Shown here one piece after another: positions 57,536 through 64,000 of a DNA stretch of 64,000 nucleotides (the stretch's first letter is position 1; every line of letters starts with the position of its first letter). The DNA comes from Azolla caroliniana (Eukaryota > Plantae > Polypodiophyta), in NCBI GenBank assembly GCA_043228905.1, contig JBHGNT010000002.1, positions 26,412,001-26,476,000 of the forward strand, written 5' to 3'. The notes under the pieces are model-generated. The model saw only the letters and a program-made list of their open reading frames with translations, made no database searches and had not been told where the DNA came from. A program made the position numbers and the translations under genes.

Positions 57536-60500
57536 CAAATTCACTATGACAATAAAAATGAGTCCAACATTTTAGAAGCAGTTAGTGATTCTAATATTAT
57601 GAATAATCCACCCTTGTCCAATAAGTTTGAGGTCCTAAGACAATTAGAAGAAGAGTCAAACAAATCAATTCGGCCAAAATAGGAGCCATTTGGTTAGACA
57701 ACTCTAGATTTGTACAACGTAGTGTGGGTTCCATTTCTTCCAAGCATGTTAGTAGAGTCTTCTCAGCCCAACTACAAGTTAGGCCACCAAGTTGTCAACT
57801 TCAGGTCTAAGCCCTCGTAGATACCAATGCCAATTCTTGTTTCATGGATAAAGATTTTGCCCAAAAACACCAAATATCTTTGCATACCCTTCATTGCCCA
57901 GTTTTCGTAGTTGTGATTGATGGACGTCCCATAGCTTTCGGGAAGATATTCAAAGAGTCTGAGCCAATGCATATACGCTTAGGTGATTTAGGATGTGTAG
58001 TTTCCTTTAACATAATCCGTAGCCCCGAGCATCCAATTGTCCTTGGTTTGTCATGGTTCTGTCATGAACTGGTTCTGACAGGTTCGAGCTACATAACCCA
58101 ATAATTGATTGGAGGAGGCGAGAAATTTGGTGCCCTTCAGTAGAAAACATCATTGCCAAGGATTGAACCCAAGACTATTCCCTTAAAGAATATAGTTTTA
58201 CCAGTGCACCATCTCCGTTTCATTGAATCTCAACCATCACATTGCAACAATTGTCCCAAGTGGAAGGAAATTTTCTTATTTACAATATCAATGACACCTT
58301 CTAGTGCCACTCAAGGGAATTCAAGCATCCAAATTCCCAAAAAATATCAAGAATATGTTGATCTTTTTAACAAAGTCAAAGCTAGTGTACTTCCAAAGCA
58401 TCGGTCATACGAATATCCGATTGACCTCCGACCAGGAACAAAGCCACCATGGGGTTCGATCTACAATCTATCACCAACTGAGCTTGAGGTTCTTCGAGAA
58501 TACATCGAGGTGAATCTTGCATATAGGTTTATCCGACATTCAAAGTCTCTGGTCGGTCCTATATTTTTTATGAAGAAAAAGGATAACTCGCTTCGTTTGG
58601 TCGTGGACTATCAAGGATTAAATAAAGTCACCATAAAAAATAGGCATGCTCACCCTTTAATCTCTAGTCTTTTAAAGCACATTGGTGGGGCAAAGCATTT
58701 TACAAAAATCGATTTAAGGGGTGTATATAATCTTGTTCGAATTCGACCGGGAGATGAGTGGAAAACTGCATTTCGCACCCGGTATGGTCATTTCGAGTAT
58801 ACAATCATGCCTTTCGGACTCACAAATGCACCCACAGTTTTCCAACATATGGCAAATGATATTTTCCGGGATTTTCTAGACATCTTTCTCATCTTCTATT
58901 CAAATGATCTGTTGATTTACTCTAAAACATAGGAGCATGATATACATGTCCGGAAAGTACTTGAACGCTTAAGAAAGTATGGTTTGTATGCCAAACTTGA
59001 GAAGTACAGTTTTGACATCAAACCAGTTGAATTATTGGGTTATACTATTTCATCCAAGGGTATCTTCATGAATACAACAAAAGTCAAAACAATATTGGAA
59101 TAGCAACCCCCACATTCTGTTCGAGACGTCCAATGTTTCCTCGGATTTGCTAACTTCTATCGCAAATTCATATGGAATTATTTAAAGATCATGTTGCCTC
59201 TCACCCAACTCACCAAGAAAAACCAAGCGTTTGTTTGGACTATTGAAGCAAACACAACCTTTACTCAGCTCAAAGAGGCATTCACATCAGCTCCTATCTT
59301 AGCACATATTGATTCCGAAAAGTCATTTACCATTGTGGCGGATACGCCAGACTTTGCATTGGGGAGTATCCCATCACAACCATGCAAGGACCGGCAGTCC
59401 CATCCAATCGCGTTTCACTCTAGAAAATTTGGGAGTAAATAGGGGTGAATTAGGGTGTAGAATGTTAAAGGAGAGAGGACGGGGAGACAAATGACAAGGT
59501 TGATGGGATTGGAAGAATTCTGAAGTGGATCAAATCGATAATTGACGATATTGTTGTGAGGACGAAGAACAAATATAAGGGGGGAATAGAATGTCCAAGA
59601 GATGAGATGTGGTGGTGAGGAGTTGGGCGGTGTCACCATATAGCCAATTGTGTATCATTTGTTGCAAGCACAAAACTCGTGACATCCAATCATGAGAAGG
59701 GAGGGTGAGAGTGTGGGTGGGGTTACTTGGGAAATATGATATTTTTCTTTTAAGAATGTGTGTGTGTTTGGAAAAGTAGTTAAAGAGGAAATGAAAGAAA
59801 GATGTGAATCCTAGGCTTGGTCTTGACCCTAAGATTGGTTAAAGGATAAAAAGGTGGTGTTGGCTCCTCGATGAAGGAATAATGCGTGACATCACGTACT
59901 AGCGCCCATCATCCTTTGAAGGAGGCTACCACTTCACAAATGTAAGTCTTACTCTCATATTGCATGTATTACGATGGAGTTATCGACACTGTCAATAGAA
60001 CCCTTGTTAAGGTGAGCATCTCTCCTCGTTTACAAGCTATAGTTGTCTTTAATTTTCATTTGCTTTTCATCTACCATCCACATCATGTGAAATCAAGAGC
60101 CTTGTGAAAACTAACATTATCATCTTCTCCTCCCTTTGCACATGTGACACCCCAACAATGTGTTCTTCAAAAATGCAATAGTGAGGATGAGTTGGATGAG
60201 TGGGAAGAAACAAATGAAGGTGTGAATGCCAAGACTGGAGATATGAAGGTGGTTTTTGATAAGGTCCTATGTGATTCACAAAATTCCTAACTCAATGGGC
60301 TTTACATTGTGTAGTTTGGGGAAGGCATATTAGTTGAAGATGAGAAAGTCACGTTGGTTCTAACCATCGTGGAAATTCAACTATGCCCATCGGTGTGAGA
60401 TCATATAGAATGAATGTGAGGTCGTTGCCCAATAGGGGACATGAAAAACCATTAATATAAATGCACATAATTATATAGGATAGAGTATTAAGGACATGTG

Positions 60501-61259
60501 ATAAAAAATAGTTGGAGATCATTTAAATATTGTCCACTCACTTTAAGAGTTAAATCTCTCCATTGTAAGACTCATCCATGAGCCACTTACAATCAAGCAA
60601 AAAGGGACTTACATCTTAGGTGATGGCGATAAGAAGCCTTCTTCCTTTTCCTTTTCGCTATATGAGCAACTTTGTGATGGCCCAAAAGGCAGAGGTATAA
60701 TTGAGTACGTAATTGTAGCCTATCCTTTTACGGCATCTCTCTCTTTCTCTCTCCAGTTCCATTATTTATTGAGTGGTGATTATGGATTTCCATGTTTGAG
60801 AGATAACCAACCATATATGAGTGTTTTTGTCCTAATTTCATTGACTTTTCTAGTCAAGCTAGGTAGCACACGATGTGTTGCCTTGTTACATTGTTGGACT
60901 TTACTCTCATAGTCAAATACATCTCTTGTAACCCATGAGAAAACATATGGCAACCATGATGGGATAAATGAGGGCTTGTGTAAAGCACAATTAAGCTATA
61001 ATGATTGCATTCACAAGATGGGATTTCAAAAACTAGCACAATAATGAAGGATGGAACTTTAGAATAAGGAGAAAACCCATGAAGAACTTTAGTTTCCCTA
61101 GTGGAGAAAACTACAAGAATGAGCCAAACTGTTGCACAATTACAAATCTAGCCACATCAAGGCAGATTGCCATAAAAAGAAGAATGATGCCCGCAAGGGA
61201 GTAAAAGAGAAGTAGAAAAAGGAATGGTATTAAATTCATGAGGAGCCGGTTGGGAAGAG

Positions 61260-62040
61260 TGTTGGGATTAGGATTCAAGATAACACAAAATAAACTTAAA
61301 ACACAACCACAAGCATAGACACAATATTTACGTGGAAACCCTAAATTAGGGGAAAAACCATGGGAGCCCTCTAACTCCAAAGATTTTACTGTGTGAGGGG
61401 GTGTATACAGCCTGCTTAATGGTCTCTCTAACGCACTAGGGAATTTCAAAAACTCAAATGCGACAACTCAGACGAAGAACACACAGAGAGCAAAAAACAG
61501 AGAATAGGGAACAAGGTCACCTGGATCTAACGAACAGAGAAAAGCACACTTCTGGACAGCAGGGATAGAAGCGCTAGAATCTCTGTAGAGTCTCCTAACT
61601 CTGTAGTGTTCTGTCTCTATCTCTCGTTCTTTGCCTCTCACGTTCTCTATTTCTCTCTCACACCTCTACACATGCATACACACCTCACACTTCTATCTCT
61701 ATTCACCTAATAATGTTTTACCCTAACTCGTTTTCCTTTCATATACTTATTTTCGGCATTCTCGCCGTTTTCGGCCATCCGGCCCCTCGTTCGGCCTCCT
61801 GACCAATTCTGGTCATCCGGCCTACAATTAGCTGGTTGGCCGACTTACCACCTTTCAGTCGTCTTCCCCTATCATGAGGGACACACATACATAACAAACT
61901 CCCCCTTCACTCTTGTATGGGGGAGTTGACCAGACCTGTCTTCAACTTGCAAGCAATGAGTTTTTCCATAGATAAAATCTTTGTAAGTATATCTAACCCA
62001 TTTTCATCAGTAGCGATCTTCACTAGAGCAATCTCACTAC
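61260..62040 (-). mobile_element. Copia N 3' remnant (Tork-like): end of RH, PPT and 3' LTR
   Basis: LTR 61260-61896 (TGTTG...TAACA) shares the GGAAACCCTAA...GGGAAAAACCA motif with the I LTR. PPT 61897-61911. RH tail KIATDENGLDILTK. Confidence 0.8.
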
Positions 62041-62677
62041 ATATATTTTAGCATAATAAGCTGGTTTGAATCTACAAACACCATAATATGAAGTTCATAT
62101 AATTGATATGTATAAGTGGTGGGCAAAATATTGAGCTATATTTAGCAATTTCCATGCCTTCTGAAGCACCTCTTGAGCCTTTATGATAGAATAAAGATAT
62201 ATCACAATTTTACCATAGGGCATTCACCCACTTTTTCTTTTTCTTTGTGGAGACTCAACTGAACCTGGATCGTGTTGCCAAACTCTAGGCTTGTTGTGGT
62301 GTAAAACAACAATCCCTTGATACAATTTGATTCCTAAGCTGGTTTATTGTGGCAATGAGAGGAGACTTTGTTGTGCTTTTCAATATCCAAATGCATGCAA
62401 TTACTCATATCAAATGACCGTGTTTCGCCATATTTTCCTTTGGAGTATACAATCTTTTTTATGAAACTTGTCTTGGCAAACACATGTTTTACTCTAACAC
62501 ATGAGGGGGTATTTTTCATTATGTGAAGTTTGGGCCACTAAGGATGCCCAAAAATGATAATGAATAGCTTTTTTAAAAAGTAATGGAATAATAGATAACG
62601 GTATAAAGAACCCAAACTCAATTATAAACATGATTTCAAGGGGGAATATGTCGGTATACTTGTCCACATTTGTAATG

Positions 62678-63795
62678 TGTTAAGAGTCTATTACTAAACA
62701 ATACGTACCATACATGCATTCGCATTTGAGTATGGTAAACACCCTTGAAGTATGGTAAATACCATATTTTTGTATTCAATATTTCACTATAATAGTTATT
62801 TACCCTTGAAGGACCGAAAGGGCAAGTAGTGGAGAGGCGCGATGAAGGTGGATTGGTTGAGTTGCACCAGTTCCATGCTATGGTACTACATATGGCTATG
62901 GCGAACATTTACATCTCCATACATACATACATACATACATACATACATACATACATACATACATACATACATGGAGCTTTCGTGTGAACCCAAATTAAAA
63001 ACATCACATAAATATTCGTTAATAATGCAAGAAACCCATCATCATGCAATCCAAATCCAACCACCCCACACATCAATCATGACAATAATAATAATATTAG
63101 TAATAGTATTAGTGAATCGTGATAATAATGTTATTATTATTGTTGTTGTTGTTATTAAAGACATCACCCTCGTCTTTTTAATTAGACATTTGTAGTGGCC
63201 ACTAATCGCATCCTAATCACTAATTGGCCATACATACCTACTCTTATAATTAGCGACCATTTAGAGTTGTCCTAATCAAGGACAAGTTTCAATGGGTGCT
63301 AATTCTATCCTAATCAGGCAATTCGTCATGAATTAATCCACGTCTCCATTAGAGTGGTGGAGAGATGTTGTGAAGGTGGAGGGGTGAAAGGGCAAAAACA
63401 ACATGGAGGTGTGGCGAAGTTCGGTGGACTGTGGAGGCATGGTGAGGGTCGATGCGTTCGGGGCTATCTACTCGACCCTCTATGACGCGGCCAAATCATC
63501 GAAAGTGAGTCAAAAAGAAAATTAAAAGTAAAAAGAAAACATAAGTATGTTTGGATAATATATACGCATTCGTTTGCAAACATATAACAATAAATGTTTG
63601 AGCAAATGAATGCATATGTTACGTTTTATACAATAGTGCAGTTAAATTTTTTTAAAGGTAAATAGATTGGATAGAAGAACCCGTTCCACCCGACCACCCA
63701 TGAGCTCCCATATTGAAAGATATTAGCGGTAGGTTGATTATGTCTTGATCATTTGACTAGTTACTGTAGCTTGTACAATGTTACGTTAATAACAT
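62678..63795. mobile_element. Fragmented, rearranged relative of the C LTR with intervening unrelated sequence
   Basis: TGTTAAGAGTCTATTACTAA at 62678 and AAATAGATTGGATAGAAGAACCCGTTCCACCCGACCACCC near 63660 match the C LTR. An inverted piece lies at about 63726-63751. Confidence 0.6.
62918..62972. repeat. (ACAT)n microsatellite
   Basis: Direct reading. Confidence 0.95.
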
Positions 63796-63887
63796 GTGGT
63801 ACATAATATCAACCACTAAGAGCATATATGCATATAAGATTAGAGACTCACATAAATAGATAATTTCAAAACTAGGGTTATAGCCAC

Positions 63888-63889
<2 letters not shown>

Positions 63890-63925
<36 letters not shown>
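63890..63925. repeat. (TA)n microsatellite
   Basis: Direct reading. Confidence 0.95.
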
Positions 63926-63927
<2 letters not shown>

Positions 63928-64000
63928 GCAAACACGCTTGCTATGTTGGCATTTTGGTCTAAATCCAAGTCAACCCCTCTCTCTCTTCCGCATATTTAGG

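Larger units (their letters stand above)
55713..59430 (+). mobile_element. Ty3/Gypsy chromovirus H (Tcn1-like, related to B), old and truncated in RNase H
   Basis: 5' LTR about 55713-56159 (TGTCATG...TGATA) with TAGAACATTC repeats. Gag, PR and RT fragments are homologous to B and end at HPIAFHSRKF. No 3' LTR. Confidence 0.88.

Overview
Eukaryotic plant genomic DNA. The transposon content (Tcn1/sushi-type chromoviruses, a 5S-bearing Cassandra-like element, tRNA-Trp-primed LTR elements) suggests a fern or other non-seed plant, but this is inference. The first ~6.1 kb hold the 5' part of a minus-strand HECT E3 ligase gene (UPL1/UPL2 type): four coding exons, the last a >3.6 kb exon that runs off the window and is missing from the ORF track. 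Positions ~8.6-62 kb are almost entirely nested LTR retrotransposons. Copia A (8656-28335) contains Gypsy B, solo LTR F, Gypsy C and solo LTR E. Copia I (28953-38169) contains the gag-only element D. Copia J (40492-46859) contains solo LTR G and appears to sit in the LTR of Copia K. Fragments L, M, H and N follow, together with a Cassandra-like 5S repeat and a foldback repeat. The most striking observation concerns the two Tcn1-like chromoviruses B and H. Neither has a tRNA primer-binding site; each has a PBS complementary to its own predicted transcript 5' end (self-priming, with compensatory changes between the two). Both also carry an antisense tRNA-gene-like Pol III cassette (A box, AGGTC, B box, identical 44-nt spacing) at the start of U3. 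Other notable items: a group of TGTCRTG...CGACA LTRs with 4-bp CG-centred target duplications, all inside Copia coding sequence; a Copia RNase H tail with a conserved acidic motif between two PPT-like tracts; and a tandem unit with two convergent tRNA-like modules. All comparisons were made by eye and no database searches were run.
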